Source: Parcubacteria bacterium RAAC4_OD1_1
GTDB lineage: Bacteria; Patescibacteriota; Minisyncoccia; Phycocordibacterales; UBA9973
Direction: 5' to 3'
Assembly: GCA_000505065.1 (NCBI GenBank)
Contig: AWSN01000001.1
Location: forward strand, 559,929 to 623,928
Length of the DNA stretch: 64,000 bases
In this document: positions 1-10,186 of the stretch, in pieces
Layout of the letters: each line of letters opens with the position of its first letter
How positions within the stretch are numbered: position 1 is the first letter of the stretch
The notes under the pieces: generated by a model
The model's input: only the letters and a program-made list of their open reading frames with translations
The model's database searches: none
Told to the model about the DNA's origin: nothing
Translations under genes and position numbers: made by a program

Positions 1-914
1 AGTCCTAACTGGATAAGGTATGGCTCTATAACTTCCTCGATCGTCGATTCCTCTTCGCTTGTTGCAGCAGAAAGGGTCTTGAGCCCTACTGGGCCACCAC
101 CAAATTTACTTATTATAATATCAAGGATTCTTCTGTCGGAAGAATTAAGTCCAAGCTCGTCTATTTCAAGTAGAGCCAAAGCATTTTTTACAGCTTCTTT
201 AGTAAGTGGTAATTTGTGTACTTGAGCGTAGTCACGACATCTTTTTAGAAAATAGTTTGCTGTTCTTGGTGTAAACCTTGCTCTTTTAGATATTTCATCT
301 AGTGCTTCTTCATTTAACTCTACACCCAAAATTTTTGCAGAACGAGCAAGGATTTTTTTTATTTGTTCATTATTATAAAATTCAAGCCTGAAAACTCCAC
401 CAGAAAATCTGGATCGAAGAGGAGATGAAAGTAATGCTATGCGGGTTGTTGCTGCGATGAGTGTGAAAGGGGGGAGTTCTAGTTGTATGGTGCGAGCAGA
501 AGGTCCCTTACCAATAATTATATCTAAAACTCCAGACTCCATTGCGGGGTATAGTATTTCTTCTACCATTTTATTAAGTCTATGTATTTCGTCTATAAAA
601 ACAATATCCCCTGGAGATAGGTTTGTGAGTATTGAAGCTAGGTCCCCAACTTTTTCTATGGCTGGACCAGATGTTATTTTTATCTGTCTTTTTGTTTCTT
701 TTGCTATTAAATGAGCAAGTGTTGTTTTTCCAAGCCCTGGTGGTCCATAAAAAAGGATATGCTCAGCGGGGTGAGAGCGTTCTTCGGCTGCTTGAAGGAG
801 GATTTTTAGGTTTTGTTTGATATTATCTTGACCAATATATTCATCCCAATTACTAGGACGTAATGTTTGGTCTAAAAACCCCTCATCTTTAGTTGTGTTT
901 TTAGTGCTTGACAT
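1..914 (-). CDS. ruvB: Holliday junction branch migration helicase RuvB (3' end outside window)
   Basis: Manual translation from ATG at 914: MSSTKNTTKDEGFLDQTLRPSNWDEYIGQ...LFYGPPGLGKTTLAH...FIDEIHRL; absent from the ORF track because it runs off the edge. Confidence 0.96.
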   Translation of the reverse strand, partial: MSSTKNTTKDEGFLDQTLRPSNWDEYIGQDNIKQNLKILLQAAEERSHPAEHILFYGPPGLGKTTLAHLIAKETKRQIKITSGPAIEKVGDLASILTNLSPGDIVFIDEIHRLNKMVEEILYPAMESGVLDIIIGKGPSARTIQLELPPFTLIAATTRIALLSSPLRSRFSGGVFRLEFYNNEQIKKILARSAKILGVELNEEALDEISKRARFTPRTANYFLKRCRDYAQVHKLPLTKEAVKNALALLEIDELGLNSSDRRILDIIISKFGGGPVGLKTLSAATSEEESTIEEVIEPYLIQLG

Positions 915-936
915 TATTATTTAAATATGCTATATT
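908..936 (+). promoter_or_regulatory. sigma70-type promoter pointing away from ruvB
   Basis: TTGACA(908-913)-17 bp-TATATT(931-936) with an extended TGn. Confidence 0.55.
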
Positions 937-982
937 CTCACTAACAGTTTATTAACACAGACATTATAGCATTTTTAACGAA

Positions 983-1050
983 TCCCCACACCTATATTTT
1001 TATAGTCGTAAACAACGCAGTATTCTGCAATAAAAATATGGGTGTGGGGA
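983..1050. mobile_element. MITE-like element with CCCCACACC terminal inverted repeats
   Basis: 21-bp IR (1 mismatch) at 983-1003/1030-1050, flanked by direct repeat CGAA (979-982, 1051-1054); related copy at 12248-12388. Confidence 0.6.
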
Positions 1051-1213
1051 CGAAGAGAACATAAATCTCTAAGCAATCGGCCACGTGCTCTATATATGTG
1101 CGTAGGACGCCCTGGTTTCCTTTTGGTCTACTGGGACTATCCTGTAATCATATGTTACTTTATAAGTTTTATATTTATAAAGGAGTGTTTAGAGATTTAT
1201 GTTTTTTTCTTGC

Positions 1214-1266
1214 CTTTATGAAGAATAAAAAGTCGCCAAATTGGCGACTTTTTATTCTTCATAAAG
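1214..1266. terminator. bidirectional terminator / perfect 26-bp inverted repeat
   Basis: ctttatgaagaataaaaagtcgccaa-a-ttggcgactttttattcttcataaag overlapping the pilB stop. Confidence 0.75.
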
Positions 1267-2958
1267 ATCTACAACACTAGCTACTTCATCATAAGAAGTA
1301 ATTCCTTTTAATATTTTTACTACCCCGTCTTCTTTCATATCCAAGTAGCCCTGCTTTTTTGCAATTTCTTTAATTTCTCTTTCGCTTGGGTTGTTTGGAA
1401 TTATTTTTTCTATTCCAGCATTGTTGTCTATTGCTTCAAATATTCCCATTCTTCCAGAAAATCCTGTCATATTACATTTTTCACAACCAACAGGTTCAAA
1501 TATTTTTATTTCATCTGTGTCTTTTGTGTTTACTCCATAGTTTGTAAAATCTTTACCATACTCTTTAGCTTCAGCCCAAATTTTTTTTATTGTTTTAAGT
1601 TCTTTTTCGTTTGGAGTTTTTTCTTTTTTGCAATGTACACAAAGTTTCCTTACAAGTCTTTGTGCTATTGAAAGAGATAAAGCTGAAACTAAAATTTTTG
1701 GATTTACATCTAGGTCTATAAGTCTAGGGATTACTCCAGCAGCATTGTTTGTGTGAAGTGTCGAGAAGACAAGGTGCCCAGTAAGAGCGGACTCCACTGC
1801 CGTTTTAGCTGTTTCGTTGTCTCTTATTTCTCCAACCATTATTACATCTGGGTCTTGTCTTAAGGCAGAACGAAGTCCTTCTAGGAATGTATAACCTTTT
1901 TCGTTATCAGTTTGGGTTTGAGAAATCCCATCTAGGTGGTATTCGATAGGGTCTTCAATCGTTATTATTTTTATTTCAGTTGAGTATATTCTTTGAAGAA
2001 AAGAATAAAGAGTGGTTGTCTTACCAGACCCTGTAGGACCAGTAAGAAGAATTAAACCGTTTGGTTTTTTTATTTGGTACATAAATAAATCAAAAAGTTT
2101 TGGTTCTATACCAAGATCATCAAGTTCAACTCTTATCGTTTTTGGATTAAGTATTCTTATGACAATAGACTCCCCATAAGCTCCAGGCATAATAGAAATA
2201 CGCAAGTTTATTTCAGTTCCATCAAGATATATACTAAACCGCCCATCCTGAGCGATAGAAGTGTTTGTTATTTTAAGCCCAGAAATAAGCTTGATACGAG
2301 AATTAATAAATTTATGAATATCATAACTTATATCAAGTACATTATGAAGTACTCCATCAAGGCGGAACCTCACACGCACTGCTTTTTCTTCTGGTTCAAA
2401 GTGTATATCTGAAGCATCGATAGCGATTGCTCCGGCTATTGCTGTTTCTAATATTTTAGAAGTTGTATGTATTTTATCTTCCTCGTTTTTTTCTATTTCT
2501 TTTTTAATATCTTCAATTGTTTTTATATTTTCAATTATTTTTTTAACTTCTTCTCCTGTGATGCTCACAGTTCCTACTTTTGATGATACAGCAAAAGACA
2601 TTTCTTTATATCTATCCCAAACTTTTTCAAGTGAAGAAAGAGATGCCATATAAAAATGGGGGATATAACCTTTATCTGTAAAATATTTTGTTAGTTTATC
2701 TATTGTATCTTTAGATGGAGTGCGTACTCCTACATCTAAATCTTTATCAGTTATTTTGAACGGAGCTACTTCAAGACCCCTTGCTTCTTTTTCATCTATT
2801 GATCTTATTGCGTCTATTTCTATCGGCATACCAGAAAGGTTTACTGGTGTCACACCATACTTAGCTTCAGCTAAAATTTGCACAAGATCCTCCTCTTCTT
2901 GTTTTCTGAGCTCATCTATCTCTCTTTTTTGTTTTTCTTCATCAAAATAAATCACCAT
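1252..2958 (-). CDS. pilB: GspE/PulE/PilB type IV pilus assembly ATPase
   Basis: Walker A GPTGSGKTT, ASDIHFEP, TIEDPIEY, LRQDPDVIMVGEIRD, LHTN, CxxC zinc motifs. Confidence 0.93.
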   Translation of the reverse strand: MVIYFDEEKQKREIDELRKQEEEDLVQILAEAKYGVTPVNLSGMPIEIDAIRSIDEKEARGLEVAPFKITDKDLDVGVRTPSKDTIDKLTKYFTDKGYIPHFYMASLSSLEKVWDRYKEMSFAVSSKVGTVSITGEEVKKIIENIKTIEDIKKEIEKNEEDKIHTTSKILETAIAGAIAIDASDIHFEPEEKAVRVRFRLDGVLHNVLDISYDIHKFINSRIKLISGLKITNTSIAQDGRFSIYLDGTEINLRISIMPGAYGESIVIRILNPKTIRVELDDLGIEPKLFDLFMYQIKKPNGLILLTGPTGSGKTTTLYSFLQRIYSTEIKIITIEDPIEYHLDGISQTQTDNEKGYTFLEGLRSALRQDPDVIMVGEIRDNETAKTAVESALTGHLVFSTLHTNNAAGVIPRLIDLDVNPKILVSALSLSIAQRLVRKLCVHCKKEKTPNEKELKTIKKIWAEAKEYGKDFTNYGVNTKDTDEIKIFEPVGCEKCNMTGFSGRMGIFEAIDNNAGIEKIIPNNPSEREIKEIAKKQGYLDMKEDGVVKILKGITSYDEVASVVDLYEE

Positions 2959-2998
2959 ATTAGTCTTATTATATCGCACGAAATGGGTAAATAGATAC

Positions 2999-3027
2999 TT
3001 GACAATTGTCTATATATATGATATCAT
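2999..3027 (+). promoter_or_regulatory. sigma70-type promoter
   Basis: TTGACA-17 bp-TATCAT upstream of the 3119 ORF. Confidence 0.55.
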
Positions 3028-3118
3028 ATAGAAGAATGTCATAGAATTTAAATTGTTCTACTTTTTTCTAAGTTTACCAACTTGGATGCAGGTAGAACAA
3101 TTTAAAACTATAAAAAAA

Positions 3119-3934
3119 ATGAAAAAGTATGTATTGTTGCTCGTCGCAGTCCTTTTAATAGGATTCCGAGCAGTGTTTGGACAACCTGTTGAACAGGAAG
3201 TTATATTCGGTTCTGTTAGAACCGATGGTTATGAACATGTAACTAAAGGGGCGTTTTGGGAAAAGCGCCCTGAGTCTAAGTTAATTTATGAAGGTAAAAC
3301 CGTTGCAGGTTTTACTGCTTATAAACTTAACTCTGATCACTTCCTACGTTTTGTTGGCGGAGAACATAACCAGAATGATAAAAATTATATAATAATTCCT
3401 AAAGGGGAATTGGTATATAAAAACAATCAAACCGGTGAGATCTTTTCCGCAAAATGTGGAAATAGAATTGAATACCTTAGGCCTGTGGACAAGGTTAGAA
3501 TTATTGAGAAACAAGTAGTTTCTGTGGTTGAAGTTGAAAAAGAAGTACCGGTAGAAAAAATTGTTGAAGTTGAAAAAGAAGTATTGGTACCAGTAGAGAA
3601 AATTGTTGTTATTCAACAGCAACCTCAGATTCAACAAATGGTTCCTGTATCGATGCCTATGATGCAGAGTTATGGAGGATCAAATTTTGGCATGAGGATT
3701 AGGATAGTTGCTGGAAGTAACAGAGGTTACTATCCCCAACAACAATGCTATCCTCAGCAAAGAACATATCAAAATAATAGGTATCAACAACGCACATATA
3801 GACAACCATTTAATCGTGGTACGATGTCTGGAGGTCGTGGAGGTTATACTCAAAATCATGGTACTATGTCTGGTGGTCGTGGTGTGATGTCCGGCGGTGG
3901 TTCTGGTGGAGCTGGTGGTGGACGTGGATACTAA
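3119..3934 (+). CDS. exported hypothetical protein with V/E/K/P repeats and Gly/Arg-rich tail
   Basis: Signal-peptide-like MKKYVLLLVAVLLIGFRAVFG; repeat VEVEKEVPVEKIV; repeated GTMSGGRG at the C-terminus. Confidence 0.75.
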   Translation: MKKYVLLLVAVLLIGFRAVFGQPVEQEVIFGSVRTDGYEHVTKGAFWEKRPESKLIYEGKTVAGFTAYKLNSDHFLRFVGGEHNQNDKNYIIIPKGELVYKNNQTGEIFSAKCGNRIEYLRPVDKVRIIEKQVVSVVEVEKEVPVEKIVEVEKEVLVPVEKIVVIQQQPQIQQMVPVSMPMMQSYGGSNFGMRIRIVAGSNRGYYPQQQCYPQQRTYQNNRYQQRTYRQPFNRGTMSGGRGGYTQNHGTMSGGRGVMSGGGSGGAGGGRGY

Positions 3935-4079
3935 TGTTCTTTTAAAAATAAAGCAGTGAAAATATTTTGGAATATAGATATTACTCACTACTTTTTTAAG
4001 CCATTAACTTTATGTTGAGGGTTTAAAATTGTAAATTAAAATTATTAAACAAAGTCGTTAATTATAAATTATTAATATT

Positions 4080-6725
4080 ATGAAAAATTATATGAAAAAA
4101 ATAATAGTCGGAATGTTTGCTTTTGTTGTTCTTTTTGCAGGGCAGAGTCTTTTTGCTTCTGGTCCTTTCAATGGTCAATCTGGTGATTGTAATCCAGCAA
4201 TAGCAATAGGAGTGTATCCAAACAATATTCCAAAAGATAGTTATGGTTGTTGGACCGCGACAAGTATAAATGCAAATCCAGGTGATATTGTAAACATTGC
4301 AATGTATTATCACAATAATACAAACCAACCACTAACAAATGTTTATGGTTCTATAATCAAATCTTCTTCTGGTCCATCAAATACATTTACTTTTACAGGT
4401 AAAATGTATTCAGATCAAGGATCGCAAACAATTGGTACTGTAACTTTAAAATTAAGTAGTTCACAAACCATTTCTTATAGTTCTACACACTGGATGAAAG
4501 ATGCAAATGCTGTTAAGAGTGATACTGATACAGATGTTTTCTATAATGATGGAGGAAAGATTTATCTAGGCACAGTACAACCTGGTTGGAATTATTTTGG
4601 AGAACTTCTTGCTGTATATAAAGTTAGTCAAAACACAACCCCAGAACCCGATATCTGTACAGATCCAGATGCTACAAATTATGGAGAAATTGGTGATTGT
4701 ATAATTCCAACACCAAAATATTGCAAGATCTCTTACTTCACAATAGACGGAAAGAGTTCATCTTCAATAAATAAAGGAGATTATTCAAAATTAGAATGGG
4801 GAACAGAAAATTGTACATCGGTTAGCCTTTCAGGAACTGGGTCAGTTTCTTCTTCTAGTTCAATAAATGTCAGACCAAATTATTCTACAAGTTACACTTT
4901 GACAGCATATAGCCCAACTACAGGAAATATTACAAAAACAGTTTATGTAAATGTTGCTTCACAACCAGACAATATTTGTACAAATCCAAGTGCAACAAAC
5001 TATGGGCAAATAGGAGATTGTGTTTTTTCAAATCCAAAATATTGTCAAATAAATAATTTTTCAGCTAGTGATACATCTATAGAAAAAGGAGATACTTCGA
5101 CATTAACTTGGACTACTTCAAATTGTAATTATGTTGTACTATCTAGTTATGGACAATTAAGTGCTAATAGTAGTAAAAGTGTAAAACCTTCCTATGATAC
5201 AGTTTATACTTTAACAGCGTATGGTAATAATGGTAATGATGAAGATACTGTAAAGATTTATGTAGATGAAGGTAGTAATGACGATAACGAATGTCGTATT
5301 ACAGACTTTTCTTCTGATGATACAACTGTAGATGATGGAGACTATGTAGAATTGGAATGGGAAACAGAAAATTGTGATTATGTAAATATCGCTGGAGTTG
5401 GAAGTTATATGAATGAAAATGATAGTGAAAGAGTAAAAATGACTTCCACAAAAACATTTACTCTTAAAGCTTATGGTAAAAACGGATCAGATTCCGATAC
5501 TCTTAAGATTTATGTAGATGAAGACAATGATAATGATAATGACAATGATAATGAATGTCGTGTTGTAGATTTTTCTGCAAGCAATACTTCAGTCAAAAAA
5601 GGTGATCCTGTTGTTATAGATTGGGATACAGAAGATTGTGATTATGTAAATATTTCTGGTATTGGAAGTTATTTGAATCCAACAGATGATTATAGGTTTT
5701 ATCCACCATATACAGGTACGTATACTATAAAAGCTTATGGATATAATGGAACAGATTCTGATTCGCTTAAGGTTTATGTAAATGAAACAATTGATCCAAA
5801 TCCAATTTATGAAGTAAATTCTAGTGTTGTCACAACTGTAGCTACAAATATTACACAAAATTCTGCTTTATTAAATGGTCTTGTGACAAATTCAAATAGT
5901 ACTACAGCAAACGTTTATTTCGAATATGGTACATCTGTAAATTTGGGATCTAGAACTGGTACTAAGACAGTAAATGGCAATAGTTCATTTTCTGATTATG
6001 TTTATGGATTAAAGGCAAACACTATTTATTACTTTAGAGCAGTTTCTGAAAATAATAATGGAATTTCAAGAGGTTCTATTCAAGTATTTAGAACAATTGG
6101 AGTTACTTCTCAAACAACAAATACTATAATAAGGACTGTTGTTGAAGGTACTACTGTCGTGGGTACTGCTTCACCTGTTATACTTGAAATAAGTAATCGT
6201 TATCAATACTTAGGTATAGGTGATTTGGTGGACTACACAGTTTACTATAAGAATATTGGTAATAGCACACTAAGAAATCCAATGCTTCAAGTTGTATTAC
6301 CAAGTGGCATTACACTTTTAAATTCTTCAGCTGGAACTTTTTCAAATGAAACAAATACACTTTCAGTTCCAATTATGGATTTGAAAAAAGGGGAAGAGGG
6401 CATACTATATTTACAAGGAAGAGTAGACTCTATTCCAGACGGACTCGCACAAATAGTTACTACTGCTATATTTGTTTATACTTCTTCAAATGGAGCACAA
6501 GAGAATGCTATGGCTTATGTGCTTAATAATCCAAAGGTTATGATAGTGGGGGGTGTATCAAATAATTTAGGAGCTGCCGCATTTCTTTCAGGAGGGTTTG
6601 TAAATATTGGTTTTATAGGATGGTTACTTATCGTTCTTATAATTCTTCTTATGGTTTTAGTCGCAAGATTATTCTTTAGAGACAGAACTGTAGTTTATAC
6701 ACCTTCAAATCATAATAGTCACTAA
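4080..6725 (+). CDS. large cell-surface protein (repeated Cys-containing Ig-like modules, FN3-like, DUF11-like, C-terminal TM anchor)
   Basis: Signal peptide; four ~85-aa repeats (C.I..F.....I..GD...L.W.T.NC...YTLTAYG); CTDPDATNY motifs; YFEYGT/LKANTIYYFRAV; GDLVDYTVYYKNIG; C-terminal hydrophobic helix. Confidence 0.85.
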   Translation: MKNYMKKIIVGMFAFVVLFAGQSLFASGPFNGQSGDCNPAIAIGVYPNNIPKDSYGCWTATSINANPGDIVNIAMYYHNNTNQPLTNVYGSIIKSSSGPSNTFTFTGKMYSDQGSQTIGTVTLKLSSSQTISYSSTHWMKDANAVKSDTDTDVFYNDGGKIYLGTVQPGWNYFGELLAVYKVSQNTTPEPDICTDPDATNYGEIGDCIIPTPKYCKISYFTIDGKSSSSINKGDYSKLEWGTENCTSVSLSGTGSVSSSSSINVRPNYSTSYTLTAYSPTTGNITKTVYVNVASQPDNICTNPSATNYGQIGDCVFSNPKYCQINNFSASDTSIEKGDTSTLTWTTSNCNYVVLSSYGQLSANSSKSVKPSYDTVYTLTAYGNNGNDEDTVKIYVDEGSNDDNECRITDFSSDDTTVDDGDYVELEWETENCDYVNIAGVGSYMNENDSERVKMTSTKTFTLKAYGKNGSDSDTLKIYVDEDNDNDNDNDNECRVVDFSASNTSVKKGDPVVIDWDTEDCDYVNISGIGSYLNPTDDYRFYPPYTGTYTIKAYGYNGTDSDSLKVYVNETIDPNPIYEVNSSVVTTVATNITQNSALLNGLVTNSNSTTANVYFEYGTSVNLGSRTGTKTVNGNSSFSDYVYGLKANTIYYFRAVSENNNGISRGSIQVFRTIGVTSQTTNTIIRTVVEGTTVVGTASPVILEISNRYQYLGIGDLVDYTVYYKNIGNSTLRNPMLQVVLPSGITLLNSSAGTFSNETNTLSVPIMDLKKGEEGILYLQGRVDSIPDGLAQIVTTAIFVYTSSNGAQENAMAYVLNNPKVMIVGGVSNNLGAAAFLSGGFVNIGFIGWLLIVLIILLMVLVARLFFRDRTVVYTPSNHNSH

Positions 6726-6740
6726 AATTAAAAAATAAAA

Positions 6741-6782
6741 TAAATCCCCCCGTTTAGAGATTAGTCTCGGCGGGGGGATTTA
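6741..6782 (+). terminator. intrinsic terminator
   Basis: taaatccccccg...cggggggattta hairpin after the 6725 stop. Confidence 0.65.
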
Positions 6783-6798
6783 TGCTAATATAAAGATT

Positions 6799-7233
6799 AT
6801 GAAAATAGAGTTTGAATTAAAAGACATAAATATAATTACAGAAAATATATTAGAAAAAATAGAAAAACTTAGAAGCCCTAATAAAGCCACAGTACTTCTT
6901 TTTTATGGTGATTTAGGTGCAGGGAAAACTACTATTTCAAAAACTTTAGCAAAAAAGCTTGGTGTTAGAGAAAAAGTTTTATCTCCTACTTTTGTAATTA
7001 TGAAAAAATATAAAACTAAACACAAATATTTTAAGAATTTGATTCACATAGATGCATATCGATTAGAAAAAGGAGAAGAACTCATTAAGCTTGGATTTAA
7101 AGATTGGGTTTTAGAAGAAGACAATCTTATTATAATAGAATGGCCAGAAAATGTATCAAATATTTTAAATAATAAATTTTTGAAAATTTTTCTTAAGCAC
7201 AAAGATGACAAAACTAGATTAATAGAATTTTAA
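6799..7233 (+). CDS. tsaE: tRNA threonylcarbamoyladenosine biosynthesis ATPase TsaE
   Basis: GDLGAGKTT, SPTF, HIDAYRL, IIEWP motifs. Confidence 0.95.
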   Translation: MKIEFELKDINIITENILEKIEKLRSPNKATVLLFYGDLGAGKTTISKTLAKKLGVREKVLSPTFVIMKKYKTKHKYFKNLIHIDAYRLEKGEELIKLGFKDWVLEEDNLIIIEWPENVSNILNNKFLKIFLKHKDDKTRLIEF

Positions 7234-7244
7234 TAAAAATATTT

Positions 7245-7697
7245 ATGTATATATTATATGCATTGGCTGGAGCTGTGTTTGCGAGTTTGGGGACAATTTT
7301 TGCAAAGCTTGGACTTAAGGGGGTGGACTCAAATTTACTCACAGTTATAAGGGGTATTGTGATGGCTATTGTGGTTTTAGTGGTCGCTTTTTCTATGGGC
7401 AAAGTTTCAGCTTCTTCGTTGTCTTCTTTGAGTACAAGGCAATGGATTTTTGTAATTCTTTCAGGTCTTGGTGGGGCACTTTCTTGGCTCTTTTTCTATT
7501 ATGCTTTATCTGTTGGTCCCACAGTTCCTGTGACAGTTATAGACAAGCTTTCAATTGTGATTACTGCAATTTTAGCTGTAATAATTCTTTCCGAGAAATT
7601 AAATTTCCAATCAATAATTGGTCTAGTTCTTGTTTTTACAGGGACACTTTTAGTGGCTATTCCTTTTGAAAAAATTATTGCTTTCTTTAAGCACTAA
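7245..7697 (+). CDS. EamA/DMT family membrane protein
   Basis: Five hydrophobic helices; AKLGLKGVDSNL, SWLFFYYAL, IDKLS. Confidence 0.85.
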   Translation: MYILYALAGAVFASLGTIFAKLGLKGVDSNLLTVIRGIVMAIVVLVVAFSMGKVSASSLSSLSTRQWIFVILSGLGGALSWLFFYYALSVGPTVPVTVIDKLSIVITAILAVIILSEKLNFQSIIGLVLVFTGTLLVAIPFEKIIAFFKH

Positions 7698-7735
7698 TCA
7701 AAACTGTCCAGGCAAGGCCTGGACAGTTTTGATTT
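7697..7735. terminator. terminator/palindrome
   Basis: aatcaaaactgtccaggc-aag-gcctggacagttttgatt perfect 18-bp IR. Confidence 0.65.
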
Positions 7736-7774
7736 GAAAGTATAAATAAACTTTTGTTGTGATATAATTATAGG

Positions 7775-10150
7775 GTGAAAAAAGAAACTCACAATAAAAA
7801 TAAATGTGTAGTTTTGCTTGATGCTCATGCCATAATTCACCGGGCTTATCATGCACTGCCTTCATTTGTAAATAGTAATGGTGAGCCTACTGGGGCTATC
7901 TATGGTCTTTCTACAATGCTTTTTAAGATTATAACTGAACTTAAGCCGGATTATATTATAGCTTGTTATGATCTTCCTAAAAAAACTTTTCGTCATATTG
8001 CTTACGCAGATTATAAAGCAGGCAGAGCAAAAGCTGATGAAAATTTAGTTTCTCAGCTTATTAGTTCGCGTGAATTATTTTCTGCTTTTTCTATCCCTAT
8101 TTATGAAAAAGAAGGATTTGAGGCAGACGACATCCTGGGTACAATTGGAGAAAGACTAAAGTCCACATCCGGGGTAGATACGATAATTGCATCAGGAGAT
8201 ATGGATACTCTTCAGCTTGTAAATAATGATAAAGTGAGAGTTTATACTTTGAAGAAAGGTATAAATGATACGATTATTTATAATGAAAAATCTGTGATGG
8301 AAAGATTTGGTTTTGCTCCAAAATATTTACCAGATTATAAAGGGCTTCGAGGTGATCCATCTGACAATATCATTGGGGTTAAGGGTATAGGAGAAAAAAC
8401 AGCAATGACTTTGATTTCCAAATACCACACTATTGAAAATTTATACAAAGAAATAAAATCAAACCCTGTTGGTTTGGGTGTAAGTGAAAGGATTTTAAAT
8501 ATATTAAAAGAAGGTGAAGATGAAGCTGTTTTTTCGAAAACTTTGGCGACAATAAGGCGAGATGCTCCTATAGAATTTTCTTTACCAGAAAATTTTTGGA
8601 AAGATTCTGTTTCTAAAGAAAAAGTTCTTGATTTTTTTAGAAAGATGGAATTTAGAAGTTTACCTAATAGATTTTTGTCCATTCTAAATGGAGGTGATAT
8701 AGAAATAAAAAATAAAATAAATACAAATATAAAAACAGAAGACAGTTTCCTTTTAGAAAAAGCCCGGATTGCTTATTGGTTGCTTGATTCTGAAAGAACA
8801 AACGCTAAAGAAGATGAAGTTATTTCTTATAAAGGAAGTACTTCTTTGGAAGAAGCAATAGAAAAATTGGAAGAAGATATAAAAAAAGAAGATTTAAGTT
8901 ATGTTTATAATGAAATAGAAATACCAGTTATAAATATAATAAAAAAAATGGAAGAAAATGGTATTTTGATAGATAAAAATTATATTAAAAAATTAGGAGA
9001 AGAATACCATAAAGATTTAAATATTTTAGAAAAAGAAATTTGGCAAATGTCCGGTATGGAATTCAATATTAATTCCCCAAAACAATTAGGAGAAGTTCTT
9101 TTTGATAAAATTGGTCTTAGTGCGAAAGGGCTTAAGAAAAGTAAGGGTGGTGCCAGATCTACAAGAGAAAGTGAACTTGAAAAATTGAAAGACATACATC
9201 CTATTATTGGTGAAATATTGAAATATCGAGAATTTCAGAAATTACTTTCAACTTATATAGACAATATTCCTAAACTAATAGGTAAGGATGGTCGTCTTCA
9301 TGCAAATTTTATTCAGACTGGAACGACCACAGGAAGATTTTCTTCGACAGAGCCAAATTTACAAAATATTCCTATTAAAACAGAAAAAGGTAAAAATATT
9401 AGAAATGCTTTTATTGCAGAGAAGGGATATAAATTAGTTTCTTTTGATTATTCTCAGGTGGAACTTCGTGTCGCTGCTTTGATGTCTCAGGATTCTTACT
9501 TTATTAAATCTTTTAAAGAAGGTAAAGATATTCATAGTGCTGTCGCAATGAAGGTTTTCAATGTGGATGAGAACGGTCTTACTCCTGAAATGAGAAGACG
9601 TGCTAAGGTTATTAATTTTGGTATTTTATATGGGATGGGGGTGAATGCTTTACGTGAGAATTTAGGTGGGGAAAGGAGTGAGGCTCAAACTTTTTATGAT
9701 AATTATTTTAAAGAATTTCCTACCATTGCTTCTTATTTAGAAAGTATTAAAGAATTTGCAAAGAAAAATGGTTATACAAAAACTTTATTTGGAAGAAAAA
9801 GGTATTTTAGAGGTATTAAATCCCAACTTCCTTTTATAAGAGCAATGAATGAAAGAATGGCCATCAATGCTCCTATACAAGGGACTGCTACAGCTGATAT
9901 TATAAAAATTGGTATGAAAAAAGCTGATGAAGCTATAAAAGGAAAAGGTCTATCTTCTTATGTTAGAGTGTTGCTTCAAATTCATGATGAGCTTATTTTT
10001 GAAGTAAAAGAAGAAAAAGTCTTGGAATTTATAGATATAATAAAAAATGAAATGGAAAATGTGATCCCAAAAGAATTTTTAAAAGATTTAGAATCTGTAC
10101 CCCTTGTAGTATCTGCTTCTTATGGAGCTAATTGGGGTGAGCTCAAATAG
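7775..10150 (+). CDS. polA: DNA polymerase I (5'-3' exonuclease + polymerase; 3'-5' exonuclease region reduced)
   Basis: EADD, SGDMD, GDPSDNI; DYSQVELR, RRRAKVINFGILYG, LQIHDEL. Confidence 0.97.
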   Translation: MKKETHNKNKCVVLLDAHAIIHRAYHALPSFVNSNGEPTGAIYGLSTMLFKIITELKPDYIIACYDLPKKTFRHIAYADYKAGRAKADENLVSQLISSRELFSAFSIPIYEKEGFEADDILGTIGERLKSTSGVDTIIASGDMDTLQLVNNDKVRVYTLKKGINDTIIYNEKSVMERFGFAPKYLPDYKGLRGDPSDNIIGVKGIGEKTAMTLISKYHTIENLYKEIKSNPVGLGVSERILNILKEGEDEAVFSKTLATIRRDAPIEFSLPENFWKDSVSKEKVLDFFRKMEFRSLPNRFLSILNGGDIEIKNKINTNIKTEDSFLLEKARIAYWLLDSERTNAKEDEVISYKGSTSLEEAIEKLEEDIKKEDLSYVYNEIEIPVINIIKKMEENGILIDKNYIKKLGEEYHKDLNILEKEIWQMSGMEFNINSPKQLGEVLFDKIGLSAKGLKKSKGGARSTRESELEKLKDIHPIIGEILKYREFQKLLSTYIDNIPKLIGKDGRLHANFIQTGTTTGRFSSTEPNLQNIPIKTEKGKNIRNAFIAEKGYKLVSFDYSQVELRVAALMSQDSYFIKSFKEGKDIHSAVAMKVFNVDENGLTPEMRRRAKVINFGILYGMGVNALRENLGGERSEAQTFYDNYFKEFPTIASYLESIKEFAKKNGYTKTLFGRKRYFRGIKSQLPFIRAMNERMAINAPIQGTATADIIKIGMKKADEAIKGKGLSSYVRVLLQIHDELIFEVKEEKVLEFIDIIKNEMENVIPKEFLKDLESVPLVVSASYGANWGELK

Positions 10151-10186
10151 TAGCATAAAATTATTGAGAGTGATAAAATTATAATT

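Noticed and set aside
439-820. + strand ORFs 439-714 and 632-820
   Set aside because: Antisense shadows of ruvB
1098-1280. 60-aa + ORF
   Set aside because: GTG start, runs through the terminator palindrome into pilB, no recognisable motif
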